This document shows positions 32,994 to 41,868 of a stretch of 56,561 nt of DNA, piece by piece; the stretch's first letter is position 1; every line of letters starts with the position of its first letter. The notes below the pieces were generated by a model. That model had not been told where the DNA came from. It saw only the letters and a program-made list of their open reading frames with translations, and made no database searches. The DNA comes from Candidatus Eiseniibacteriota bacterium (lineage in GTDB: Bacteria; Desulfobacterota; Binatia; UBA9968), in NCBI GenBank assembly GCA_035559295.1, contig DATMBL010000158.1, forward strand, positions 1-56,561, written 5' to 3'. A program made the position numbers and the translations under genes.

Positions 32994-34481
32994 ATGACTG
33001 CATTGGAAGCGAGGAAACTGGCCGAAACGGAGATCAAGGCCGGCAAGACGCCCAGCTACACCGACCTGCGGGAATGGCTCGAGATCGTCGATAGCTTCGG
33101 CGAGCTGAAAAAGATCGATAACTGCGACTGGAACCTGGAAATGGGAACGCTCTCGGAGCTGATTGCGCGCGAGAGCAAGGGACCGGTGCCCGCATGTTTG
33201 TTCGATAACATCAAAGATTACCCGAAGGGGTATCGGGTTCTGTTCGCGCAAAACGCGTCGTTCAAGCGGATGGCTCTCAATCTGGGATTGCCCCTCGAGC
33301 TCGCCAATCTCGATCTGGTGCGCGCGTTGCGTCAGAAACTCGCTTCCCACAAACCGATCCCGCCCAAGGTGGTGAGCAAGGGGCCGATTCTCGAGAACGT
33401 GATGTCCGGAAACGACGTGAACCTTTTGAAGTTCCCCGTGCCGCTGATTCACGAGCACGACGGCGGCCGATTCATCGGTACCGGATGTCTGGTGATCACG
33501 CGCGATCCGGACGAGGGGTGGGTGAACTTCGGCGCGTACCGGGGAATGGTTCATGACGAGAAGAGCATGGGCCTCTACATCTCGCCGGGCAAGCACGGCA
33601 GCATTCAAAGGGCCAAGTGGTTTGAAAGAGGCAAGACCTGTCCCGTGGTGATCTGTGTCGGGCAGGATCCGGTCCTGTTTATGGTTTCGGGCAACGAGAT
33701 CGATTACGGTCTGTCGGAGTTCGATTATGCCGGCGGACTCAAAGGCGCACCCATCGAAGTCATTGAAGGGCGCGCAACCGGGCTACCCTTTCCCGCGCAC
33801 GCCGAGATCGTGATCGAAGGTTTCATGGATCCAAACGACCGCAAGACCGAGGGGCCGTTTGGCGAGTGGACCGGTTACTATGCGAGCTCGAGCCGGCCCG
33901 AACCGGTCGTGCGCGTGCAAAACATCTATTACCGCAACGACCCGATCCTCACCTGCGCGCGCCCGGGCCGACCCCCCTCCGATTACTCGTTGGCCAAATG
34001 CATGGTCAAATCCGCGCTCATCTGGGAGCAGGTCGAAAAGGCAGGCGTGCCCGACGTGCGCGGCGTGTGGTGTCACGAAGCCGGCGGCGGGCGCCTGCTC
34101 AACATCATTTCGATCAAGCAGCGCTACCCCGGGCACGCGCGCCAGGCGATGCTCGCGGCCTCTCAGGTCCACGCCGGCGCTTATCTGGGCCGCTATGTCA
34201 TCGTGGTCGATGAGGACATCGATCCGACCAACACGTTCGATGTGCTTTGGGCTTTGGCGAGTCGCTCCGATCCCGTCGAATCGATCGAAATTTTGCGACG
34301 CTGCTGGAGCGGGCCGCTCGATCCGCGGATTCATCCGAGCAAGAAGGGCTTCAACTCCCGCGCGGTCATCGATGCCTGCCGTCCATTCGAGTGGCTCAAA
34401 GACTTCCCGCCCGTCGCCGAGTCGAGTCCGGAACTCAAGGAGAAGGTCCGGAACAAATGGAGGCACGTGATTGAAAGTTAA
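32994..34481 (+). CDS. UbiD-family (prenylated-FMN dependent) decarboxylase
   Basis: 495 aa. The UbiD blocks are present (FDNIKDYPKGYRVL..., GRFIGTG, PDEGWVNFGAYR, GPFGEWTGYY, VVVDEDIDP). No ubiX lies in the window. Confidence 0.88.
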   Translation: MTALEARKLAETEIKAGKTPSYTDLREWLEIVDSFGELKKIDNCDWNLEMGTLSELIARESKGPVPACLFDNIKDYPKGYRVLFAQNASFKRMALNLGLPLELANLDLVRALRQKLASHKPIPPKVVSKGPILENVMSGNDVNLLKFPVPLIHEHDGGRFIGTGCLVITRDPDEGWVNFGAYRGMVHDEKSMGLYISPGKHGSIQRAKWFERGKTCPVVICVGQDPVLFMVSGNEIDYGLSEFDYAGGLKGAPIEVIEGRATGLPFPAHAEIVIEGFMDPNDRKTEGPFGEWTGYYASSSRPEPVVRVQNIYYRNDPILTCARPGRPPSDYSLAKCMVKSALIWEQVEKAGVPDVRGVWCHEAGGGRLLNIISIKQRYPGHARQAMLAASQVHAGAYLGRYVIVVDEDIDPTNTFDVLWALASRSDPVESIEILRRCWSGPLDPRIHPSKKGFNSRAVIDACRPFEWLKDFPPVAESSPELKEKVRNKWRHVIES

Positions 34482-34505
34482 ACAGGCGTGCTCCGTGAGT
34501 CATAG

Positions 34506-34542
34506 AAAGGGCAACGGCGAATAGCCGTTGCCCTTTGTTTTT
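34506..34542 (+). terminator. Rho-independent terminator after the UbiD gene
   Basis: A perfect 13-bp stem AAAGGGCAACGGC / GCCGTTGCCCTTT with loop GAATA is followed by GTTTTT. Confidence 0.85.
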
Positions 34543-34787
34543 GTATTCCTGTGGCGGCTATCTTTATCCGTGCGGTCTGATATAGTCAGTTCTCCGCTTG
34601 GCCATGCCGAAACGGTCTAATATTGAGCAGAAAGCCTGCGAGGCTCGGACAGCGGAAAATGATCATACGTTATGAAGGTGGTCACATACTGCACCGATGG
34701 GTGAAGTGAGCCATCGCGAGTGGCCCCGAAGGCTGAGGCGTCTTCATGAGATTGTGATCATCCAGGGCGGCGAAAGGAGACACGACC

Positions 34788-35467
34788 ATGATTCAGCAGA
34801 CTCCTCAGGCAGAAAAGTTCAAGGCAGCAACTGCGAGAGTCGTTGCGGCTGGAAACTCTCAACTCTCGCGCGGCGACAATCTCGAGACACGCCGACGTTT
34901 ACACGTGCGGCGATCAAGACGAGATGGTGTACTTCATTGAAAGTGGCCAGATCAAACTGCTGATGCTTTCATCCGAAGGTAAAGAGTGCATCCTTGCCAT
35001 CTAGTGCGGGAGATATCTTCGGTGAATTATGCTTGGCCGGTTTGGGTTCGCGTCTGGAAACCGCTACGGCGATGAAACCGGCGGTCTTAAAACAGATACC
35101 GTGCAATCAGTTCTTCACGCGGTTGAGCCGCGACTCGCTGTTTGCGGGTTTCGTGCAATACCTCGCCGTGCGCATCGCCGATCAGCAGCAGGTTATCGCG
35201 AATCTCGTGACCGCGGACAGCGAGCAATGCTTGGGCAAGACACTCTTGCGGCTGGCGCAAACGCTGGGCAAGAAAGACCCGCGCAGTATCCGCATTGAAC
35301 TCAAGATCTCACACGAAGAGCTGTCCGAAATGGTGGGGACGACTCGGCCTCGCATCAGCATGTTCATGCAACGATTTCGCAACCTTGGGCTCGTTGAAAC
35401 GAGCTCGGAACACTTTCTCATCATCAAAGAGACCAAACTAACCGACTATCTTGAGCAAATCGCTTAA
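34788..35467 (+). pseudogene. Crp/Fnr-family regulator, disrupted by at least one and probably two frameshifts
   Basis: AAGGAG plus an ATG at 34788 gives a plausible start in frame 0. The cNMP-domain core ...VYTCGDQDEMVYFIESGQIKLLMLSSEGKECILAI is in a second frame and ends at the TAG at 35002. The continuation SAGDIFGELCLAG...HTH (ISHEELSEMVGTTRPRISMFMQRF) is in a third frame (track ORF 34994..35467). Confidence 0.6.
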
Positions 35468-35640
35468 AGCTGTCGCAGGGGCAGCACCGGGGTATTATCG
35501 GAAGTTGTTCACTATGAGACAGCATGCCCTTCCGGTTGGGGCTAGTTTGGCCACTAACCGCCGATGCCCGAAGAGTGGAGCGGTGGATTGACCGGCTGCG
35601 GATCGGTCGCATCGACTCGCGCGCAAGGGAATAGTGAAAC

Positions 35641-35937
35641 GTGACTATGAGTACGATCGTTCAGATCGTCTTAGGGGCATTTACCGGTTGGCTGGCCGGA
35701 AAAGCTTTTGGCCAAGAAGGCTACCGACCGGTTAGACGAGAGACCCACGTCAAACTACTCGATGCGATCTACGGAATCATTGGAGCCATGATTGGGGAGT
35801 ATCTATTTTTTTGGGTCGTCATCGGAGACGGTGATGCCTTCAGCGACTATGGAACCGTGATCTTGGGTTCCGTGACGGTCGTCGGAGCCGCCCGGCTGAT
35901 CGCGGGAAAGATCCGTGCTCACGGATTTTTACAGTGA
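35641..35937 (+). CDS. GlsB/YeaQ/YmgE-family (transglycosylase-associated) small membrane protein
   Basis: 98 aa. It has three Gly-rich hydrophobic segments (IVLGAFTGWLAGK..., GIIGAMIGEY, ILGSVTVVGAA), as is typical for this family. Confidence 0.55.
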   Translation: MTMSTIVQIVLGAFTGWLAGKAFGQEGYRPVRRETHVKLLDAIYGIIGAMIGEYLFFWVVIGDGDAFSDYGTVILGSVTVVGAARLIAGKIRAHGFLQ

Positions 35938-36267
35938 AAAGATCAGCAGCGAGGCGAGCTCATTCGAAGTTGCGGTGCAGCGTATTACCAAGCCGAGGCA
36001 GTGCCGGTTGAATCGGCCCGGCAAAGAAATCTCGACAGAAAAGGTATCATCCTGGGAGTTGGAAAGATTAGGGACCGCTTTGACTATCGGCGATAATTCA
36101 ATGCCTCTGGGAATCGTACTGAAAATTGGAAACTGAGCCTGGCTGATGTTGCGGCAAAATAAACGGACACATTGTGAGCCCGGCCAATTGGTCAGGATGC
36201 ACTTAGGGCGAACGATCGCAGGCAAAGATCGTCTGAACTGACGCTAAATCTTTAGAGGAAAAGCGGC

Positions 36268-37047
36268 TTGGTTGTTGCGATTGCCATTGTTCTAATTGTT
36301 GTTGGGGCAGCCGGCCTGGCCGGGATCAAAGTGTTCAAAGAGTACGAGAGGGGAGTCGTCTTCCGTTTGGGGCGGCTCGTCTCATTTCGAGGGCCCGGGC
36401 TGAGCTTTGTCATCCCATTCGTCGAAAGAATGGTCAGGGTCGATTTGCGGACACTAACCTTGACCGTATCTCCTCAAGACGTGATCACGCGCGATAACGT
36501 GTCGGTCAAGGTGGCTGCCGTTGTGTACTTTCGCGTGCTGGATCCTAATAGCGCACTCACACAAGTTGAGAATTATTTTCTCGCCACGTCGCAACTCGCT
36601 CAGACAACGCTACGCAGCGTGTGCGGCCAAGCGGAGCTGGACCACATTTTAAGCCAAAGAGAGAGGATCAACACTCAAATTCAAGAGATTGTAGATGCGC
36701 AAGCGGACCCGTGGGGGATCAAATTGAGTCTGGTCGCCGTCAAGGACATAGATCTGCCGCAGGAGATGCAAAGGGCGATGGCGAAGCAGGCCGAAGCGGA
36801 ACGGGAGCGGCGCGCCAAAGTGATTCACGCCGAGGGAGAACTGCAAGCGGCGCAGAGACTCGCGGACGCGGCTGAAATTATGGCCAAACAACCTGCAACC
36901 ATTCACCTCCGCTTCTTGCAGGCTCTCACGCAGATTGCCATGGAAAACAGCGAAACCATTGTTGTTCCACTTCCCATCGATTTGCTCACAGCAATAATGA
37001 ACAATCGTGCGACTGTTGGTGCGTGGGCGCGCCCCAATTCTCTTTAG
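36268..37047 (+). CDS. SPFH/Band-7 (stomatin-like) protein
   Basis: 259 aa with a TTG start and an N-terminal TM segment. Motifs seen are [16 protein letters not shown]...[20 protein letters not shown] and the coiled-coil [17 protein letters not shown]. Confidence 0.85.
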   Translation: MVVAIAIVLIVVGAAGLAGIKVFKEYERGVVFRLGRLVSFRGPGLSFVIPFVERMVRVDLRTLTLTVSPQDVITRDNVSVKVAAVVYFRVLDPNSALTQVENYFLATSQLAQTTLRSVCGQAELDHILSQRERINTQIQEIVDAQADPWGIKLSLVAVKDIDLPQEMQRAMAKQAEAERERRAKVIHAEGELQAAQRLADAAEIMAKQPATIHLRFLQALTQIAMENSETIVVPLPIDLLTAIMNNRATVGAWARPNSL

Positions 37048-37261
37048 GATTGTCCGCCATCGGACAGCAACTCCTGGCGAGCTGGAGCAGTTTGATGATC
37101 AACGTGAGGGTAAAGTTTGCTTAAAGAAAATTTGGAGGTGATCTTGTTATGGCCATCGATCGCCGATGAGGTAAGCATCGGGACGCTGGCTGAGTAGTTG
37201 AAACATCGGAATACCTTCCGGCTGACGCTGTTCGGGCTGCAACTTCCACGGGCAATTATTC

Positions 37262-37303
37262 AGGCCCGACTGGTTTCTTACCGGTCGGGCCTTTGTTTTT
37301 TAC
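37262..37303 (+). terminator. Rho-independent terminator-like hairpin
   Basis: The stem GGCCCGACTGG / CCGGTCGGGCC (one G-U pair) has loop TTTCTTA and is followed by TTTGTTTTTT. It lies about 215 nt after the SPFH stop, with no intact gene in between. Confidence 0.55.
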
Positions 37304-37346
37304 ACAAGTTTCAAACACGCCAAAGTCTGGCGATTGCCAGTTGAGC

Positions 37347-37415
37347 AGGCAAGGTCGGGTTGACCTGACGATTCCGCCCAACGCGCTGGCGCGGGCGGAT
37401 AAGGTGGTCAAGTGA
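37347..37415 (+). pseudogene. 3'-terminal remnant (about 22 codons) of an ABC_sub_bind-type substrate-binding protein gene
   Basis: The translation ...RQGRVDLTIPPNALARADKVVK* matches the characteristic C-terminal ...GLTIPPSLLARADEVIE of this SBP family. Its stop overlaps the GTG of the next paralogue (GTGA). No upstream body exists. Confidence 0.4.
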
Positions 37416-37746
37416 AAGTGATACAGGCAATGTATGGTCTCGCTGTAGCCACTGTGCTTTTGGCCGTTTACTTTCCCGTTCAGGGACAAAAGACGAAGAC
37501 CTTGCCCGTGATCGGTTTTCTGTCTCCTTTTTCACCGGCATCGGAAGCAGTAAAACCAACCTTCGAAAGCTTTCCCCGCGGTCTGAGCGATTTGGGCTGG
37601 GTTCCAGGTAAGAACGTCACCGTCGAATATCGGCGGGCGAACAAAATGGTCGATTGTCTGAACTCGCGACCGAGCTGGTAAGTCTAAAGGTAAGCGTGAT
37701 CTATGCAACCTCCTTCCAGCTCGGACTAGCGGCAGCGGGCCGTTGA
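37412..37746 (+). pseudogene. Frameshifted and truncated ABC_sub_bind-type substrate-binding protein gene
   Basis: The signal peptide plus LPVIGFLSP...FPRGLSDLGWVPGKNVTVEYRRA is followed by a frame break. The family-typical continuation (E)QNGRLSELATELVSLKVSVIYATSFQLGLAAAGR* is in another frame and ends at 37746. About two thirds of the gene is missing. Confidence 0.55.
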
Positions 37747-37889
37747 GAGCAGTTTTTGTCGATCCGGATCTGAATAACTTGCTTCCCTGATCTTCCCGCG
37801 ACGCGTGACCGGACACGCTCTGTCCCGCGTTTGTTGCGCGAGCGCAAGAGCTTTGTTACTTTCCGTTTTAACTTCCAGACGGAGCCACG

Positions 37890-40106
37890 ATGGGCAAGCG
37901 AACGTTTCAGTACGTCGGCAAGAGCGTGCCGCGGGTCGATGGTTGGGACAAAGTGACCGGCAGGGCGAAGTTTCTGAGCGATCTCAGATTGCCGGGCATG
38001 CTCTATGGCAAAATCCTCCGTAGCCCGTACCCGCACGCGCGCATCGTCTCGCTCGACGCCTCCAGAGCCGAGGCGCTGGCGGGCGTGGCCGCGGTCGTAA
38101 CCGCCGCCGACCTCCACGATGTGAATCCGATCTACAACGGACGGCCGGTTGTCGCGATGGAAAAAGTCCGTTACGTGGGCGAGCCGGTCGCTGCGGTGGC
38201 GGCAACGGACCCGACGGTTGCCGAAGAAGCGGCGACGTTGATCGAGGTTCACTATGACGAACTCCCCGCCGTGATCGGCATCGACGCGGCACGCGCGCCG
38301 GGCGCGCCGCTGGTCCACGAAAACAAGGTCGACAACATCTGTGCGCATGAAAACGTCGTCCGGGGCGATATCAGGGAGGGTTTCAGCCAGTCGGACCTCG
38401 TGCTTGAGGATCATTTCACCTTTCCCATGGTCTATCACTACGCGATGGAGCCGCACGCCGTCGCGGCCGATTGGAGCGACGATGGCGTAATGGTCTGGTC
38501 GTCGGCGCAGCATCCGTTCCAGGTGCGAAACGACATCGCCAGAGTGTTTCGTTTGCCGCTCTCGCAGGTGCGCATGATGATCACCTATTTGGGCGGCGGC
38601 TACGGGAGCAAGTCGTACACGAAATTCGAGCCGCTGGCCGTGGCGTTGGCGCGCAAGGCGAAAGCGCCGGTGCGGCTCTGCAATTCCGTTGCGGACTCGA
38701 TGATGACGGTGCGCAGGCATGCGGCCAAGGTGAGAATCAAAACGGGCTTCCGAAAAGACGGGACGATCATGGCGCGCGAGGCCGAGATCTTCCTCGATAC
38801 CGGCGCCTACGACGACAACGGGCCGCAGGTGACGGCGCGCGCGGCCACGAGAGTTCTGGGGCCGTACCGCATTCCCAACATTCGCACCGACGCCTATGCC
38901 GTGTACACCAATTCGGCGTCGGCCGGTTCGTTTCGGGCGATCGGCGCACCTCAGGTGATTTTTGCGGGAGAATCGCAAATCGATGCCGCTGCGATCCGGC
39001 TCGGGCTCGATCCGGCCGAACTCCGTTTGAAAAACCTGCTCGGCAAGGGCGAGGAACTGCGGCCGGGGCTCAAAGGGATGGATGCCAACCTGCGCTACAG
39101 TTTGAAAAAGCTCGTAAGCGCAAGCCAGTGGAAGAAAACGAGATCGAAACACGGAAAACCGGCGGGGCTGGCTTGCGCCGTTACCAACGCTGGAGCCACC
39201 CCGGTATCGGTCGCGCTCGCGCGGCTCCAGGCCGACGGCAACGTGGTGGTTCTCGCCGGGAGCACCGAAATGGGTCAGGGCGTACGTACCGTGTTGGCGC
39301 AAATCGCCGGCGAAGAGCTCGGTCTACCGCTGGAGCGCATCCGCATTCCCGGGGCCGACACGAAAACAACACCGTACGATAGCTCCACAGGTTCGAGTCG
39401 ATCCACAACCTGTATGGGGCACGCAGTGCAGCTGGCGGCGCGCGATCTCAAGCGGCAATTGATTAAAATCGCCGCCGACGCTTTTCGGGTAAAGCCGGCC
39501 GAGGTGCAGGTGCAGGACGGCTTTTTGATGAGCGGCGAGGCGCGCTTGAGTTTCAAAGAAGCGCTCGAACGCCGATTTGGCAAAGGCGCCGGTGGCGAGT
39601 TGATCGGCCGCGGCGATACCGGCCCCGACCTCACCAATCACCAGCTACCGGTTTTTTGGGAAGTCGGAATGGCCATGGTCGAGCTTGATGTGGACCGCGA
39701 GACGGGCGAGATCGAGATCAAGCGGCTGGTCTCTTTAGCCGACGTCGGTAAGGCGATCCATCCGGACGGGTGCGTCGGCCAGGAGGAGGGTGCCGCCATG
39801 ATGGGAATCGGACACACCCTCTTTGAAGAGATGCTTTACGATCAGAACGGCGCGTTGTTGAACCCCAATCTGATCGATTATCGCGTGCCCCGGTTCGGCG
39901 ATCTGCCCGATGAGTTTCACACCGTGCTGGTAGAGAATGAAGATGGTCCGGGCCCGTTCGGCGTGCGCGGCATGGGTGAGGGCGGGCTTCTTTCGATTGC
40001 GCCTTCCGTAACCAACGCGCTCGAGCGCGGCACGGGCGTGCGTCTCAGGGATCTTCCTCTCACGCCCGAGCGCGTGTGGCGCGCGCTACGCGAAACGAAG
40101 GGCTAA
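37890..40106 (+). CDS. Molybdopterin-binding large subunit, xanthine dehydrogenase family (second, stand-alone copy)
   Basis: 738 aa. The N-terminus is VGKSVPRVDGWDKVTGRAKFLSD. Family blocks seen are GGGYGSK, SFRAIG and GMGEGG. No Fe-S or FAD subunit gene is adjacent. Confidence 0.9.
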   Translation: MGKRTFQYVGKSVPRVDGWDKVTGRAKFLSDLRLPGMLYGKILRSPYPHARIVSLDASRAEALAGVAAVVTAADLHDVNPIYNGRPVVAMEKVRYVGEPVAAVAATDPTVAEEAATLIEVHYDELPAVIGIDAARAPGAPLVHENKVDNICAHENVVRGDIREGFSQSDLVLEDHFTFPMVYHYAMEPHAVAADWSDDGVMVWSSAQHPFQVRNDIARVFRLPLSQVRMMITYLGGGYGSKSYTKFEPLAVALARKAKAPVRLCNSVADSMMTVRRHAAKVRIKTGFRKDGTIMAREAEIFLDTGAYDDNGPQVTARAATRVLGPYRIPNIRTDAYAVYTNSASAGSFRAIGAPQVIFAGESQIDAAAIRLGLDPAELRLKNLLGKGEELRPGLKGMDANLRYSLKKLVSASQWKKTRSKHGKPAGLACAVTNAGATPVSVALARLQADGNVVVLAGSTEMGQGVRTVLAQIAGEELGLPLERIRIPGADTKTTPYDSSTGSSRSTTCMGHAVQLAARDLKRQLIKIAADAFRVKPAEVQVQDGFLMSGEARLSFKEALERRFGKGAGGELIGRGDTGPDLTNHQLPVFWEVGMAMVELDVDRETGEIEIKRLVSLADVGKAIHPDGCVGQEEGAAMMGIGHTLFEEMLYDQNGALLNPNLIDYRVPRFGDLPDEFHTVLVENEDGPGPFGVRGMGEGGLLSIAPSVTNALERGTGVRLRDLPLTPERVWRALRETKG

Positions 40107-40132
40107 ATGGGCCCGCCAAGCGCTGCACGCCT

Positions 40133-40825
40133 TTAGCCGTTCAAGCGCAGCGGTTGCTTTCTTGGAAGCGGGATGTCGATTGCGATTTCCGTGCCTTTAC
40201 CCGGGGCGGTCTTGATCGTCAGCTGCCCGCCGACCTTGTTGATTCTGGCCTTCATTCCCTTGAGACCGTAGTGGAAATCACCCTCGACCGAGGAGAGGTC
40301 GAACCCCACGCCGTTGTCGCGCAGGTTGGCTTCGATTCCCGAGGGGCCGTGTTGGAGCGACAGGGTTAACTCGGTTGCCCGCGAGTGCCGCACCGCGTTG
40401 AGGACCGCTTCCCGCAGCGTAAAGTAGAGTTCCCTCTCGATCTCGTAGGGCAAGTCGCGCGTGGTGATTTTACATTGGAAAGTGAGATTAAAACCGGTTC
40501 GCGCTCGAAAGATGTCGAGCTCGGCTTTGAGCCGCCGCTCCAGCGTGCCGGCCTTTAGGGTCGTCTGCCCTTGACTTTCGGCGATCAAGTTGCGGATTTC
40601 GGTGATCGCTTTTTCGATTTCATTTTCGATCGTGTGGAGCTCGCGCTGAAGCGAAAAGGTTTGGTTGAGAAGTTCACTGCGACACATTTCGGCGCGGAGC
40701 TTTACGCTCGATAAGAGCTGTAGGACGCGATCGTGGAGCTCGCGCGAGATGCGTTGCCGCTCTTGCCGGGCCGCCACGCTCGGTTTGCTTTCGGCGCCGA
40801 AACTTTTTCGCGATCTTCTTTTCAT
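40133..40825 (-). CDS. Soluble histidine kinase core (HisKA_3 + HATPase_c), no sensor domain
   Basis: 230 aa. Motifs seen are the H-box ISRELHDRVLQ, N-box LREAVLNAVRHS, G1 DNGVGF and G2 GLKGMKARI. There is no TM segment, and only about 20 residues precede the DHp domain. Confidence 0.8.
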   Translation of the reverse strand: MKRRSRKSFGAESKPSVAARQERQRISRELHDRVLQLLSSVKLRAEMCRSELLNQTFSLQRELHTIENEIEKAITEIRNLIAESQGQTTLKAGTLERRLKAELDIFRARTGFNLTFQCKITTRDLPYEIERELYFTLREAVLNAVRHSRATELTLSLQHGPSGIEANLRDNGVGFDLSSVEGDFHYGLKGMKARINKVGGQLTIKTAPGKGTEIAIDIPLPRKQPLRLNG

Positions 40826-41086
40826 GCACTGGGCACCCGGCGCCGTAGGGCCATGACGCGCCTTGGGCTTCCTGCCTCTGTTCTCACGTATCCTTTAAAT
40901 TATGCCTGAGGGGGCCGGCTCCGCAACCGCCCCGGCCGGGCCGGTGCCGCGCGCCGCCCGCTCGAAAACCGCCTCACCCGGGTAAACCCGCCGCAGGGCC
41001 GTCCTCAGGAACGCGGCATTGTCGCCGGCGTCGGCGGAAAACGCCCGTTTGTGCCGTGGTTAAAAGAGCTTCGAACGAAACCCGTG

Positions 41087-41815
41087 TCAAGGGGTGCTCT
41101 GCCTCGCGAGTCGATCGATGATCGATAAAACGCCGCGCAGATCACGGATACGAAAGGGAGCCGCGGTATGATTTTCGGATGACCGTTCGCGATCGACCAG
41201 CGCGGCCACGAGGCCGGCATCGGTGGCTCCTTGCACGTCGTTGGTTTCGCTGTCGCCGACGTGGAGAACGTCTTCGGGACGGAGGCGGTAGCGCTCGAGC
41301 GCCGCGTGAAAAATCTCGCGCTCCGGTTTGGCGTGTCCAATCTCGCTCGAAACGATGACCTCGCCGAAACAGCGGCCGATCCCGAGCCCGTCGAGCACGG
41401 CGAGCAATCGGGAGTCGAAGTTCGATACCACGGCCAATTTGAGGCCCCTTTGGGCCAACCCGGCGAGGGTCGCTTCGGTTTCGGGATAGATCCTCCACGA
41501 TTCGGCCTTGGCAAAGTGGCTGAAGAGTTCGTCAAAACAGGCTTCGAATCGTTCGAAGCTTCCCCACGGCTGGAAGACGCTCCGGAGCAGCCGTTTCCAC
41601 CACTCCCGCTCGCATGCTTTTATCTCCTCGGGACGCGCTCCGGGAAAGGCCAGCGGCGGAGCCGAGGCAAAGCAGAGGCGGAACCGCTTCGATAGCTCCG
41701 ACGCCGAGGCTTGGATGCCGTAGCGCGCCGCCAACGACGCATAGATCTCTCCGACCGGACGAGCGGGTTTGATCAAAGTTCCCGCCGCATCGAAAAACAC
41801 CGCCTTTATCGACAT
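41087..41815 (-). CDS. HAD-superfamily hydrolase, subfamily IA (REG-2/haloacid-dehalogenase-like motif I DAAGT)
   Basis: Motif I is VFFDAAGTL, motif II is VVSN and motifs III/IV are KPEREIF...VGDSETNDVQGA. Confidence 0.8.
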   Translation of the reverse strand: MSIKAVFFDAAGTLIKPARPVGEIYASLAARYGIQASASELSKRFRLCFASAPPLAFPGARPEEIKACEREWWKRLLRSVFQPWGSFERFEACFDELFSHFAKAESWRIYPETEATLAGLAQRGLKLAVVSNFDSRLLAVLDGLGIGRCFGEVIVSSEIGHAKPEREIFHAALERYRLRPEDVLHVGDSETNDVQGATDAGLVAALVDRERSSENHTAAPFRIRDLRGVLSIIDRLARQSTP

Positions 41816-41868
41816 ACGCTCGCCGCCGGACGTTGCAACGAGCGTACCACCGCCTATAATGGAAATCG

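Noticed and set aside
31677-33608. 643-aa minus-strand ORF, the longest unassigned ORF in the window
   Set aside because: It runs antisense across an ABC ATPase with all canonical motifs and into the UbiD gene. Its composition is His/Arg/Val-rich and it has no motifs.
37701-39302. 533-aa minus-strand ORF
   Set aside because: It is an antisense shadow of the second Mo-hydroxylase large subunit.
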